Source: a candidate division FCPU426 bacterium
Lineage (GTDB): Bacteria > Oederibacteriota > Muellerivitia > Muellerivitales > Muellerivitaceae
DNA: 64,000 nt
NCBI GenBank assembly: GCA_003152075.1
Contig: PLZG01000064.1
Location: forward strand, 31-64,030
Direction: 5' to 3'
Position numbers and translations under genes: made by a program. Numbering within the stretch: position 1 is the stretch's first letter; every line of letters starts with the position of its first letter. Shown here in pieces: positions 1 to 9,385 of this stretch. The notes under the pieces were generated by a model. It made no database searches. It saw only the letters and a list, made by a program, of their open reading frames with translations, and was not told where the DNA came from.

Positions 1-2
1 CT

Positions 3-422
3 GAGGAGGCCAACGAGATTATCAAGAAGGAAGATATCAAGCACTTTACGGATGGGTTGGATCACAAGAAGGATGACCTTTTCACAATCCATTACCCAGT
101 GACTATCAGCCAATCCCTTGTGGAGTGGGGAGAAGACGGAACTAATCTCAAATCCATCCTAACGGTGGCGGACAAGGGTCTTTACGACGCTAAAGACAAT
201 GGAAGGAACACGGTTTTCTATAAGGGAACACCTCGGAGTGTTGGAGTAAAGCCCATCAAGTACACCCCGGAAATGCTCGAAATTCTCCACAACCATTCCC
301 TCAAGAAAGGTTCCACCGATTGGTGGGCCTACAAGAAGGCAGTTGGGGAAAAGGGAAGTGCGGAAGCTTTGGAGTTCGCGAGGAACACCCTGAGCGAAAA
401 GGAGGCTCCCAAGAAAAAGTAG
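3..422 (+). CDS. GGDEF-domain protein, C-terminal part (5' truncated by window edge)
   Basis: Frame is open from position 3; VTIS...ADKGLYDAKDNGRNTV matches the GGDEF C-terminal motif ADxALYxAKxxGRN. The GGDEF active-site motif itself is not visible. Confidence 0.7.
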   Translation, partial: EEANEIIKKEDIKHFTDGLDHKKDDLFTIHYPVTISQSLVEWGEDGTNLKSILTVADKGLYDAKDNGRNTVFYKGTPRSVGVKPIKYTPEMLEILHNHSLKKGSTDWWAYKKAVGEKGSAEALEFARNTLSEKEAPKKK

Positions 423-458
423 TGTTTTGGGAAGTTAAATCATTAAAGGAGGAAGCAA

Positions 459-755
459 ATGGCTTTAAAGATCAATGTTACGAGGATGTACCCCTATGAA
501 GGGGAAAACACAAAGGCGTTTTTCGACGTGAAGGTAGCTCTGTCTGGTTATGAGTTTTACTTCAATGACCTGACTTTAGTGAAGAAGAAGGAGGGGGATG
601 GGTTGTTTATTGGTTTTCCTTCCCGCCCTGGCAAAAAGGAAGGGGATTATTTCCACTTTTGTAATGCCAACAAGAAGGCCAAGGAAGAGATCGAAAAGGC
701 GGCTGTGGTGGAATTCAAGAAGAAGACAAAAACCAAGGAATCCGCCCCGGCTTAG
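459..755 (+). CDS. SpoVG-like nucleic-acid-binding protein
   Basis: KAFFDV...FNDLTLV...GLFIGFPSR...KEEIEKAAVVEF parallels SpoVG (RAIASI..VHDIRVI..GLFVAMPSK); strong RBS AAGGAGG. Confidence 0.7.
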   Translation: MALKINVTRMYPYEGENTKAFFDVKVALSGYEFYFNDLTLVKKKEGDGLFIGFPSRPGKKEGDYFHFCNANKKAKEEIEKAAVVEFKKKTKTKESAPA

Positions 756-787
756 GATTAACGCAAACCGTTTTTAGGGAGAAGCCG

Positions 788-1060
788 ATGGATAGAAGAA
801 AACCAGACCGAAGAAACCGAAACCAGGATCACCTCTTGACCGACAATCAAGTGGCTGAAATGGCTAGTGTCTCCGTAAGGACGGTTAGGTATTGGCGCTT
901 GGCCGGGGTTCTTCCATCGGTAAAGGTTGGGCGTCATCCGAGGATTTGGATGTCTGTTTTTCAAAAGGTCTTTCATAAGCCCGATGCAGAAGGCCCTTGG
1001 GAATTGGCAAAAAAGAATGATAAAATGCCAAGTGCTAGGGGCATTAGGAGGAAGCAATGA
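788..1060 (+). CDS. Excisionase-like helix-turn-helix protein
   Basis: LLTDNQVAEMASVSVRTVRYW...LPSVKVGRHPRI is an HTH_17/Xis pattern; overlaps the integrase start (ATGA). Confidence 0.8.
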   Translation: MDRRKPDRRNRNQDHLLTDNQVAEMASVSVRTVRYWRLAGVLPSVKVGRHPRIWMSVFQKVFHKPDAEGPWELAKKNDKMPSARGIRRKQ

Positions 1061-2142
1061 GTAAACCTAATGTTCATGGATTGCCCCAACATCTTAGAAA
1101 AGATAAGGGGGGATATTACCTGGATTTTCTAGTCCAGGAAGAAGGAGTAAGGAAGCGGAAAAGAGTACGATTGGGGCTTATCCCTTTGGAGAAAGCAAAA
1201 AGGGTTTTGTCCCAACACATGCAGGCCATCGTTGAAGAAAGGTATCTTGAGGACACGAAACCAAAGATAACCTTCACCGAAGCCGCAGACGCTTTTTTAG
1301 CTTATTCCGAATCCAGAAAGAAAAGCTTTTATCAGGACAAGATGTATGTCAGAAATCTCAAGGCGTTTTTTGGAGATAGAACTCTTGAGAGTTTGAATCT
1401 TGATCTTGTTGAAAGTTATGTGAACTGGAGAAGGAAGGACGGTAACAAACGGGGAGCGGAATTGGGGCCAGCATCCATCAATCGTGACTTGGCTTGTTTA
1501 AAGACCCTTGTTAGAAGGGCTCAATTGAACAGGCAGATTGACAGGAATCCACTTGATGGGATTAAGCTCTTCAAGGAAATTCCAAGGGATACAACCTTGA
1601 AACCGGAGGAATACCAAAAACTTATTGAACATTGTCCCGTTCACCTTAAACCAATGGTTGAGTTGGCTTATTTTACGGCTATGAGGAAAGGCGAGATTTT
1701 CGGACTTAAATGGCAACAAGTTGATTTTCAAAATGGGGTAATCATTCTTGAGGCGGAAGAAACTAAGACTCAGGAGAAGAGAGAAATACCCATTGATGAA
1801 AACCTGAAATCGACCCTCAGGCGTATTCCAAAGACTCTTGGCTGTCCTTATGTTTTTAATTACCGAGGAAAGAAATTCACGGATTGCAGGAACGCCTTCG
1901 AGCGCGCGCGCTTGAAAGCGGGATTGGGAAACTTCCATTTCCATGACCTGCGACATTGTGCGGTAACTAATATGCGGAAAGCGGGGGTACCTGAAGGGGT
2001 GATTATGAGTGTCAGCGGCCATAAGACAAACGCGGTCTTTCGGAGATATGACCAGATTGACCGGGGTGACCGTAAAGAGGCTATGGCAAAGGTAAGAAGC
2101 TTCAATGACACGAATAAGACACGAACCGGAGGGGCTGGTTAA
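1057..2142 (+). CDS. Tyrosine recombinase/integrase
   Basis: Catalytic motifs MRKGEI (R), KT (K), HDLRH (H-x-x-R), SGHKT (H), RRY (Y). Confidence 0.95.
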   Translation: MSKPNVHGLPQHLRKDKGGYYLDFLVQEEGVRKRKRVRLGLIPLEKAKRVLSQHMQAIVEERYLEDTKPKITFTEAADAFLAYSESRKKSFYQDKMYVRNLKAFFGDRTLESLNLDLVESYVNWRRKDGNKRGAELGPASINRDLACLKTLVRRAQLNRQIDRNPLDGIKLFKEIPRDTTLKPEEYQKLIEHCPVHLKPMVELAYFTAMRKGEIFGLKWQQVDFQNGVIILEAEETKTQEKREIPIDENLKSTLRRIPKTLGCPYVFNYRGKKFTDCRNAFERARLKAGLGNFHFHDLRHCAVTNMRKAGVPEGVIMSVSGHKTNAVFRRYDQIDRGDRKEAMAKVRSFNDTNKTRTGGAG

Positions 2143-2169
2143 AGATTCCAAAGACTCGTATAAGACTCG
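2107..2169 (+). repeat. Two pairs of 11-bp-period direct repeats (GACACGAA x2; AAGACTCG x2), candidate integrase arm-type sites
   Basis: GACACGAA at 2107 and 2118; AAGACTCG at 2151 and 2162. Confidence 0.5.
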
Positions 2170-2437
2170 GAGGGTCTTTCAAGCAAGGTAAGGTGATTGG
2201 GTTGGGAAGTTTTTTAATAGTTGATGTTAAGAAAAGCAGGGTATACAAAGGCTTTTTTACAGAATTACTAAAAGACCACTTCGAAGATGAAGCGGCAAAA
2301 TTTGCCCGAAACAAAAGTCTCAAAATCACCCGTTAAAAAGCATGGCCGGAAAGGGTTTCCCCGGAAGCGGGTTTTGACTTTCCCATGCCAGGCTCCAATG
2401 AGCCATGTTTTTGCGGGTTCTTTTGATTCTCCCCAAC

Positions 2438-2476
2438 AAAAGCCTTTTCTCTTTAGAGAAAGGGCTTTTTGCTTTT
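2438..2476. terminator. Stem-loop, probable intrinsic terminator
   Basis: AAAAGCCTTTTCTC-TTTA-GAGAAAGGGCTTTTT inverted repeat with A/T tails. Confidence 0.55.
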
Positions 2477-2649
2477 AAGATATAACCGATGTTGTTCATT
2501 GAATACGGTTTTTGAGGTGGGGGGCTTGTCCACGACGGGGAGGTGTAATGGACAGGTGGACAATGGGAGTGCAACCGATGGCTAATTCGTCCCTTTCCAA
2601 AAAAGGGGTTTGGGGGGAATATAGTTAAAACCATCCCTCAGGAGCGGTC

Positions 2650-3543
2650 TTGAAAACAAAAGTACCCAGCCTCAAGGTCCTCGTCACTGGAGTTACGGCC
2701 GACCCTCCGGGCGCGACTTATGGACCCCGGTTAGCCAATAATTACGAATTGATATGGATCATGGAGGGGGAGGTCAATGCGACCTTTGGCCGGACGCTGA
2801 TCCAGGGTAAAGAAGGAACGATTCTCTTCCGTTATCCCGGGGTCAGGGATTATTACGAATGGTCCAAACGGGGCCGAACGGTCCACGCCTATGTTCAATT
2901 CGAGGTCCCCAAGACAAACGGATTTGAGATCCCTCAAAAAGGAGTCCCCCTGTTCCGGCACCTGCCGCCGAATGATGTGCTCAGGCCCCTGTTCGGTTAT
3001 TTCTTGAGGTTGGATGAGTTGAAAGGCAAAAAAGTAAACGATTTGATGATCGCGACCCTTGGGTTGATGTTGAACAGTTATTTTTTGGGAAAGATCGAGA
3101 TCAAAACCCTGCTGCCATCCCAATTTCCCGAATTGGTCGAAAGAACGATCGAATTCATCACACGTCATAACGAGGAAGACCCGACGGGGAAATTGAACCT
3201 GACCGAATTATCCAGGTTGGTGCATTCCTCACCCGAAAATTTGTGCCGTCTTTTCCAAAAGAACCTTCAATTGGGCCCCCTGGAGTACGTCAAAATGCTT
3301 CGGTTGGACCGGGCGGCTAATCTATTGCGTCGCTCTAACCAAAGTCTTAAGGAAGTTGCGGCCCAGACCGGGTTTTATGATTCCTTCCATCTATCCAAGA
3401 GCTTCAAGAAGGTTTATGGCCTTTCTCCAAAGGATTTCAGGGTATCCCCCTTCAATGAATGGATCTGTCAAAAAAACCCAATTATCCGCACCCTTTACAG
3501 CCGGTCGGACCTCAAGGCCTTGACCGCTTCCCAAACCAGTTAG
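2650..3543 (+). CDS. AraC-family transcriptional regulator
   Basis: N-terminal cupin-like region; C-terminal double HTH (LCRLFQK...RLDRAANLL...SLKEVAAQTGFYDSFHLSKSFKKVYGLSP); RBS AGGAG before TTG. Confidence 0.95.
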   Translation: MKTKVPSLKVLVTGVTADPPGATYGPRLANNYELIWIMEGEVNATFGRTLIQGKEGTILFRYPGVRDYYEWSKRGRTVHAYVQFEVPKTNGFEIPQKGVPLFRHLPPNDVLRPLFGYFLRLDELKGKKVNDLMIATLGLMLNSYFLGKIEIKTLLPSQFPELVERTIEFITRHNEEDPTGKLNLTELSRLVHSSPENLCRLFQKNLQLGPLEYVKMLRLDRAANLLRRSNQSLKEVAAQTGFYDSFHLSKSFKKVYGLSPKDFRVSPFNEWICQKNPIIRTLYSRSDLKALTASQTS

Positions 3544-3705
3544 AAAAAAGCTGAATCTCGGCTACATTCCCTTTCTTGAGACCATCAAAATCCTCTATCC
3601 ATTCGTCAGTCCTGTACATGGCCTAATATCCAATACCCGATAAACTGAAGCTGATAAGAGCCGTCCTTGCAGGGTCGGCTCAAAACAATTTTAGCGGGAT
3701 GGCTT

Positions 3706-6669
3706 ATGAAAACTGAAATCCAGAAAAAATCAAAAAGCCGGAGCTTTCTTTCGGCCTTTTACAGTCGTCTTAACTTTTTCTTGCCCGCCTTCGTCCTCGG
3801 GGGGCTTTGGGCTCCGGTTTGGGCCGCGCCGCCCCCCGGTTACAATCTGGTCTGGAGTGATGAGTTCAACGGAGCGGTCGGCAGCGCCCCCAACCCCTCT
3901 AATTGGACCTATGACACTGGCGCCGGTGGATGGGGAAACAATGAACTGGAAAATTACACCAACAGCACGGCGAACGCAAGGATCGTCGCCGATCCTAACG
4001 CCACCGACGGCGAAGCTTTGGCCATCATCGCCATCGACACCCAGCCCGGCAATACCAATTACAGTCAAGCGGGCCGTTATACTTCCGCCCGGTTAAAGAC
4101 CCAGGGTCTTCAAAGTTTTCAATATGGTTATATGGAGGCCCGAATCCAGATGCCCTATGGCGACGGGATCTGGCCGGCTTTCTGGATGCTGGGCAATAAC
4201 ATCACCACGGTCAGTTGGCCCGCCTGCGGTGAGATGGACATCATGGAAAATATCGGGAACGCCGCGGACCAACCGGTCAATCACGGCTCCCTCCACGCCC
4301 CCAACTGGAACCCCACCGGAACCTACACCCTGCCGGGCGCCCAGCTTTACCACACGGCCTACCACACCTTCGGTCTTCTTTGGCAGCCGAACCAGGTCCA
4401 GTTCTACGTGGACGGCACGCTTTTTGAGACCCAGACCTCCGCGAATTGCTCCAGCGCGGGCGGCACCTGGGAGTTCAATAATAACTTTTTCTTCTTGCTC
4501 AACATGGCAGTGGGGGGCAGCTGGCCCGGCTCGCCCGACGCCAGTACTCCCTTCCCGCAGACCATGTTGGTGGATTATGTGAGGGCCTATCAACTATCCT
4601 CGGGAACGGCCACCCCCACGCCGACCCCGGTGGTGTCTTCTACTTGGCGGGTGAACGCGGGCGGTCCCCAATACGCCGACAGCCAGGGAAATGTCTGGAG
4701 CGCGGACGAGAACTATACGGGAGGCACCGCGGCTGTGACAAACAGCACCATCACGGGAGCCTTGCCGGGCGCGGGAGACCAAAGCCTTTATCAGACCCAG
4801 CGGTATGGGAACCCTTTTTCTTACGTCTTCAATGTGCCGGCCGGATCCTATCAGGTGACCCTTAAATTCGCCGAAACCTATTGGACCGCCGTGGGTCAGA
4901 GGGTCTTCAATGTTTCCATCAATGGAAATACTGTCCTTAATAACTTCGACATCTTCCAGACCGCCGGGGGACAGGACAAGGCGATCGACGAAGTGTTCAA
5001 CAATATCAGCCCGTCCGGAGGGGCGATTACTATTCAGTTTGGGCCAGCATCGGCGGATAACGCGGTTGTTCAAGCCATTCAAATTATTCCACAGCCCGCC
5101 ACAGCTACGCCGACTTATACAACGACCAATACCAGAACCAATACGCCAACCTATACGTTCACCAATACGAAAACGAATACTCCTGTCCCGCCTACCAATA
5201 CCCCAACCTTCACGTCCATCTCTACCAATACGGGAACATCCACCTTTACCCGGACCAATACTTCGACCAATACGGCTACCTCCACCAACACCCCGGTGAA
5301 TACCTTTACGTTCACCTCAACTTCCACCAATACGGGAACACCCACCTTTACCCGGACGAACACCTCGACCAACACAGCCACTTCCACCAACACCCCGGTG
5401 AACACCTTTACGTTCACTTCAACCTCCACCAATACGGGAACATCCACCTTTACCCGGACCAATACTTCGACCAATACGGCTACCTTCACCAACACCCCGG
5501 TAAACACCTTCACAGCAACTTCAACCGCCACCAATACCGGAACCCCAACCTTCACCCAAACGAACACCTCGACCAATACCCATACGGCCACTTTCACCAA
5601 CACGCTGACTTCAACGCCGACTTTTACCCGGACCTCCACGAACACCCCTACCAATACTGGAACCTCCACCAATACCCCGACAGGAACCGTTCCTCCGACC
5701 AATACCCCCACTTCAACGGGAACGTCCACTCATACTTCAACTTCCACAAACACGCCCATCAATACCAATACCTTCACGAATACCCCGACCTTTACAAACA
5801 CGAACACCTTCACCAATACCCTGACTCATACCAATACCTTTACGAATACCTTCACATACACCCCGACCAACACCTTCACGCCAACCATAACCAACACGCC
5901 AACCAACACCCCTGTCATTACCAACACTTCCAACAATACACCGACAAAGACCAACACCCCAACTTATACCAATACGAATACGCCGACCTTCACGAACACC
6001 AGCACCTTCACCAATACTTTGACCAACACGAACACCTTTACGAATACCTTCACGCTCATTTTCACCCCAACCGTCACCAATACACCTACCAACACCCCGG
6101 TGATGACGAATACCCCCACCAATACCCCAACCAACTCCTTTACCCTCACGAACACCAATACCTTTACCCATACCACCACCAATACTTTTACCCCCACCCC
6201 GACCAAGACTCCTACCAACGTCGCCACGAGCACGGTGACGAACACGCCTACCTTCACGAATAGTTTTACCGCCACTTACACACCAACAGTTAAATCTACT
6301 TTCACTTTCACGGGAACACCTACCAGAACCTTTACGCGCACCGAAACCCCGGCGGTGACGCCGATCTTTAAGGCTACTTTCGAGCCAGAGGCATGGGTTT
6401 ATCCGCCGTTCCCCAATCCGTCGAATGGAAAACCCATCACCTTCAGCGTGCAAGTGCCAAGACAATCGGCGGTGACGATGGATGTGTTCACGTTGGGGTT
6501 CAGGAAGATCGTCAGCCAGACGTTGGAGGCCTACGGCAAGCGGACCTTCGAGTGGGACTTGAAGGATGTCTCAGGGGTTCAGGTGGCGAACGGACTTTAT
6601 TACGTCCGCGTCCATGTGGCAGGAGCCATTTCAACCACTCAAATTCTCAAAGTGATGATCCTGCGGTGA
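3706..6669 (+). CDS. Secreted GH16 beta-1,3-glucanase + malectin-like domain + Thr-rich linker + C-terminal Ig-like sorting-type domain
   Basis: WSDEF, WPAFWMLG and EMDIME catalytic motif; malectin-like RVNAGG...LKFAE...RVFNV; T-x repeats; PFPNP...WDLKD..G..VANGLYY C-terminus. Start taken at ATG 3706. Confidence 0.92.
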   Translation: MKTEIQKKSKSRSFLSAFYSRLNFFLPAFVLGGLWAPVWAAPPPGYNLVWSDEFNGAVGSAPNPSNWTYDTGAGGWGNNELENYTNSTANARIVADPNATDGEALAIIAIDTQPGNTNYSQAGRYTSARLKTQGLQSFQYGYMEARIQMPYGDGIWPAFWMLGNNITTVSWPACGEMDIMENIGNAADQPVNHGSLHAPNWNPTGTYTLPGAQLYHTAYHTFGLLWQPNQVQFYVDGTLFETQTSANCSSAGGTWEFNNNFFFLLNMAVGGSWPGSPDASTPFPQTMLVDYVRAYQLSSGTATPTPTPVVSSTWRVNAGGPQYADSQGNVWSADENYTGGTAAVTNSTITGALPGAGDQSLYQTQRYGNPFSYVFNVPAGSYQVTLKFAETYWTAVGQRVFNVSINGNTVLNNFDIFQTAGGQDKAIDEVFNNISPSGGAITIQFGPASADNAVVQAIQIIPQPATATPTYTTTNTRTNTPTYTFTNTKTNTPVPPTNTPTFTSISTNTGTSTFTRTNTSTNTATSTNTPVNTFTFTSTSTNTGTPTFTRTNTSTNTATSTNTPVNTFTFTSTSTNTGTSTFTRTNTSTNTATFTNTPVNTFTATSTATNTGTPTFTQTNTSTNTHTATFTNTLTSTPTFTRTSTNTPTNTGTSTNTPTGTVPPTNTPTSTGTSTHTSTSTNTPINTNTFTNTPTFTNTNTFTNTLTHTNTFTNTFTYTPTNTFTPTITNTPTNTPVITNTSNNTPTKTNTPTYTNTNTPTFTNTSTFTNTLTNTNTFTNTFTLIFTPTVTNTPTNTPVMTNTPTNTPTNSFTLTNTNTFTHTTTNTFTPTPTKTPTNVATSTVTNTPTFTNSFTATYTPTVKSTFTFTGTPTRTFTRTETPAVTPIFKATFEPEAWVYPPFPNPSNGKPITFSVQVPRQSAVTMDVFTLGFRKIVSQTLEAYGKRTFEWDLKDVSGVQVANGLYYVRVHVAGAISTTQILKVMILR
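5227..5634 (+). repeat. 102-bp (34-aa) tandem repeat inside the Thr-rich linker, about 4 units
   Basis: AATACGGGAAC/AATACCGGAAC anchors at 5227, 5329, 5431 and 5533. Confidence 0.85.
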
Positions 6670-6714
6670 TCGTTTAGTTGACCGGTCAAATCCTATTGGA
6701 TGGGGAGGGGGGAA

Positions 6715-7077
6715 ATGCCGAATACAAAAATAGCCATTAACCGTAGGGATAACCCCCGGGTTTCGATCAAGATCCCCGTTAATTTTTTTCCGGCAGAAGA
6801 TAAAAAATTCCCCAAAAAGATGGAGGATTGGCGCGAATCCAAGAAATGTGGATTCACTCGTGACCTGAGCGCTGGCGGCATGCAGCTTGTCGCGGACTAT
6901 CACTTGGCGGTCGGTAGTGTGTTGGAATTTAAAATTTACATCCTGGACAAGGTGAATGTCGTGACCGTCTATGCCAGGGTGGTGTGGACAAATAAGAATA
7001 GCGCCGGACTTCATTTCCTCCTGATGAAACCCGCCGAAATGGACGCCTTGACGTCTTTCCTTGAAAAGGCTTCTTAA
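6715..7077 (+). CDS. Stand-alone PilZ-domain protein
   Basis: RRDNPR (RxxxR) and DLSAGG (DxSxxG) c-di-GMP-binding motifs. Confidence 0.88.
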   Translation: MPNTKIAINRRDNPRVSIKIPVNFFPAEDKKFPKKMEDWRESKKCGFTRDLSAGGMQLVADYHLAVGSVLEFKIYILDKVNVVTVYARVVWTNKNSAGLHFLLMKPAEMDALTSFLEKAS

Positions 7078-7243
7078 CGCGACGTTAATAAAGTTTCTAA
7101 CCCGATTTTGACCCCCTGTTAATCCCATCCATCCTTTTGGCAATTCCATCAATTCTTATTAACAATCTTTTTTGCGATCATTACGGAACGGGTTGGTCTG
7201 GGGCCGTCTGAACACGCTTCGGGCAAACGATCGCAGGGGCGGA

Positions 7244-9256
7244 ATGAAAATGTTTCCTCACCAAAACTTTCTGAACAAAAGTTTAAATCGATTTCAAACT
7301 AAAATATTTTTAAGTTCCGCGCGTGTTTTCATTTTGATAGCGCTCGGAGGTTGCCTCCCTTTTTTTCCGGCCTCCACGGCCCAAGCCCTGCTCATATCCC
7401 TCAACGGCGGGGAAGTCATGAACTGCCAATTTGTCAATAACACTACGGTGCCAAACAATCAGGTTTACATCTGTGTGCTGGCTAACAATGCCTACCTCAC
7501 TCCGGGCGGAACGATGAACGCCATTGTGCCCGGACAGAACGCCAGCAACTACACCATGACCCTGGCCCAGATCGACTCGTTGAGTCCCGCCGGGCTGCAG
7601 TTCCCGGTGATGGGTTCAGGACGCATGTGGTTTTCTTTTTACTCGCCCCTGAACATGCCTATCGTGGCGGGGCCGGGCATCGTACAGCCCAACATCGGCA
7701 ACCCCTCGGACCCCAACATCAATACCGTCTTCGACTGGATGGAGTTCGACGAGGGCAGCGATTACATTTACTGCAATACCACCCAAGTGAACATGTTCGG
7801 CATTCCCTACACCATGGGTTTGTACAACGTCGGTGGGGGGCTCAACGGCGCCAGCGGCATCGCGGATTGCACCAGCGACATCGTGAACAAGTACAAGGCC
7901 TATATGAATTCCATCCCGGGCGCGTCCATCTTCAACTCCCTGGTGGGGCCGGTGCGCATCGTGGCTCCCGCGGACGGCACTTTCGCGGCGGGCGCGGCCA
8001 ACGGCACTTACTTTGACAGCTATATTTCCCAGCTCTGGACCGAGTACAAATCCACGCCGTTGGTCATCAGCACGGGGGGCAAAAGCTACTCGGGCACCAC
8101 GACGGGCCCGGGAAGCCAGATGACTTTTACCGGCCCGGGTGGGCCTTATCATGTGGGATATCCCACCACGCAGGACGCGCTGGCCGCTTCCGGCGTCTTC
8201 GCCACCGGAAATCCCACGGAGCTGGCGTTGGAAGTGGTGATGGCCGCGGGCATTAACCGCCACGTTCTGGACAACGCCGCCAACCTCAACAACCCCGCGG
8301 CCTTTTATCAAACCGCTCCTTGCAATTATTACTCGGCCTTCTTTCATACGGTCAACCTTAACAACCTAGCCTATGGTTTTCCCTATGACGATGACGACAA
8401 CCAAAGCGACCTGCTGGTCAGCACCAATGCCCGGGCGCTGGCGGTCACTTTCAGCGGCTGCATATCCACGCCCACCAGCACTTTTACGACTTCTCCCACC
8501 CCCACCCGGACCAACAGCCCCACGGCCACATCCACCCTTACCATTTCAAATACGGCCACCCCTACTTCTACCAAAACGGCCACCAACACCGCCACCATGA
8601 CGGATACCAAAACGGCCACTAACAGTGCCACCCATACTCCCACTAGCAGCGCTACCAACACCGCCACCCTGACCGATACCATGACCGCCACATCGACCTC
8701 GACTTCCACTAACACTCCTACCTACACGAATAGCCGCACTCCCACCCATAGCCCCACCACGACCAGTACCAACACCGCCACCCATACGTTGTCCCCTACG
8801 GGAACAAGTACTCCAACGGGCACGCCAGCCGTGACATCGACCCTTACACCCCTAAGAACACCTACCCTCATGTTCACCATGACACCGCCGCCGTCAGCAA
8901 CGGCCACCATTACGCCGGTCAACACCCTTATCAACACCCTGACTCCAACGCCGACGGCTCCAGCGGATGTATTCCGGATTTGCAGGAACGTCTTCAATGA
9001 AACCGTCGACGGGACGGTCTGCATCGCGATTTCATCCGCCCAATATCCCGGTCAGGTGACGTTGAACATTTACAGCTCGGTGGGTGAACACATTAAGACA
9101 TTATTCGATGAAACCTTAACCCATCCGCTGCCGTCGACAATGCTTAATTGGGATGGAACCAACAAGTACGGCCAGAAAGTCGCCAGCGGAGTGTACATCC
9201 TTTACATGATTAAACCTTTTGGCCGGGTGATAGGAAGACTCGCGGTAATTCATTAA
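7244..9256 (+). CDS. Secreted GH64 beta-1,3-glucanase + Thr-rich linker + C-terminal Ig-like domain
   Basis: SGRMWFS, FDWMEF, NTTQVNMF, NYYS..FH, AYGFPYDD are GH64 motifs; signal peptide; WDGTNKYGQKVASGVY. Confidence 0.88.
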   Translation: MKMFPHQNFLNKSLNRFQTKIFLSSARVFILIALGGCLPFFPASTAQALLISLNGGEVMNCQFVNNTTVPNNQVYICVLANNAYLTPGGTMNAIVPGQNASNYTMTLAQIDSLSPAGLQFPVMGSGRMWFSFYSPLNMPIVAGPGIVQPNIGNPSDPNINTVFDWMEFDEGSDYIYCNTTQVNMFGIPYTMGLYNVGGGLNGASGIADCTSDIVNKYKAYMNSIPGASIFNSLVGPVRIVAPADGTFAAGAANGTYFDSYISQLWTEYKSTPLVISTGGKSYSGTTTGPGSQMTFTGPGGPYHVGYPTTQDALAASGVFATGNPTELALEVVMAAGINRHVLDNAANLNNPAAFYQTAPCNYYSAFFHTVNLNNLAYGFPYDDDDNQSDLLVSTNARALAVTFSGCISTPTSTFTTSPTPTRTNSPTATSTLTISNTATPTSTKTATNTATMTDTKTATNSATHTPTSSATNTATLTDTMTATSTSTSTNTPTYTNSRTPTHSPTTTSTNTATHTLSPTGTSTPTGTPAVTSTLTPLRTPTLMFTMTPPPSATATITPVNTLINTLTPTPTAPADVFRICRNVFNETVDGTVCIAISSAQYPGQVTLNIYSSVGEHIKTLFDETLTHPLPSTMLNWDGTNKYGQKVASGVYILYMIKPFGRVIGRLAVIH

Positions 9257-9385
9257 GGGAGTTTCAAATATGGGAATGGTGTTCCTAGTCGTCGGGGTGG
9301 TTTTGGTCCAGGGATGGAACCATGCGCGTAATCCTATCGCGGGCTCTCCATGCGCCACGGCCATCCGGAAAGTGCCGGTGCTGAG

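Larger units (their letters stand above)
1..2170. mobile_element. Right end of an integrated element (prophage/ICE/IME-like); left part lies outside the window
   Basis: Co-oriented SpoVG-like, HTH excisionase and tyrosine integrase genes; visibly more AT-rich than neighbours; tandem 11-bp-period repeats at the integrase 3' end. Exact att site not identified. Confidence 0.75.

Noticed and set aside
2170-2640. tRNA/tmRNA at the integrase boundary; ORFs 2287-2478 and 2326-2634
   Set aside because: No cloverleaf or T-loop/CCA pattern seen; the ORFs lack RBS or protein-like composition
5227-5634. Regularly spaced repeats resembling a CRISPR array
   Set aside because: In-frame coding repeats without unique spacers; no cas genes
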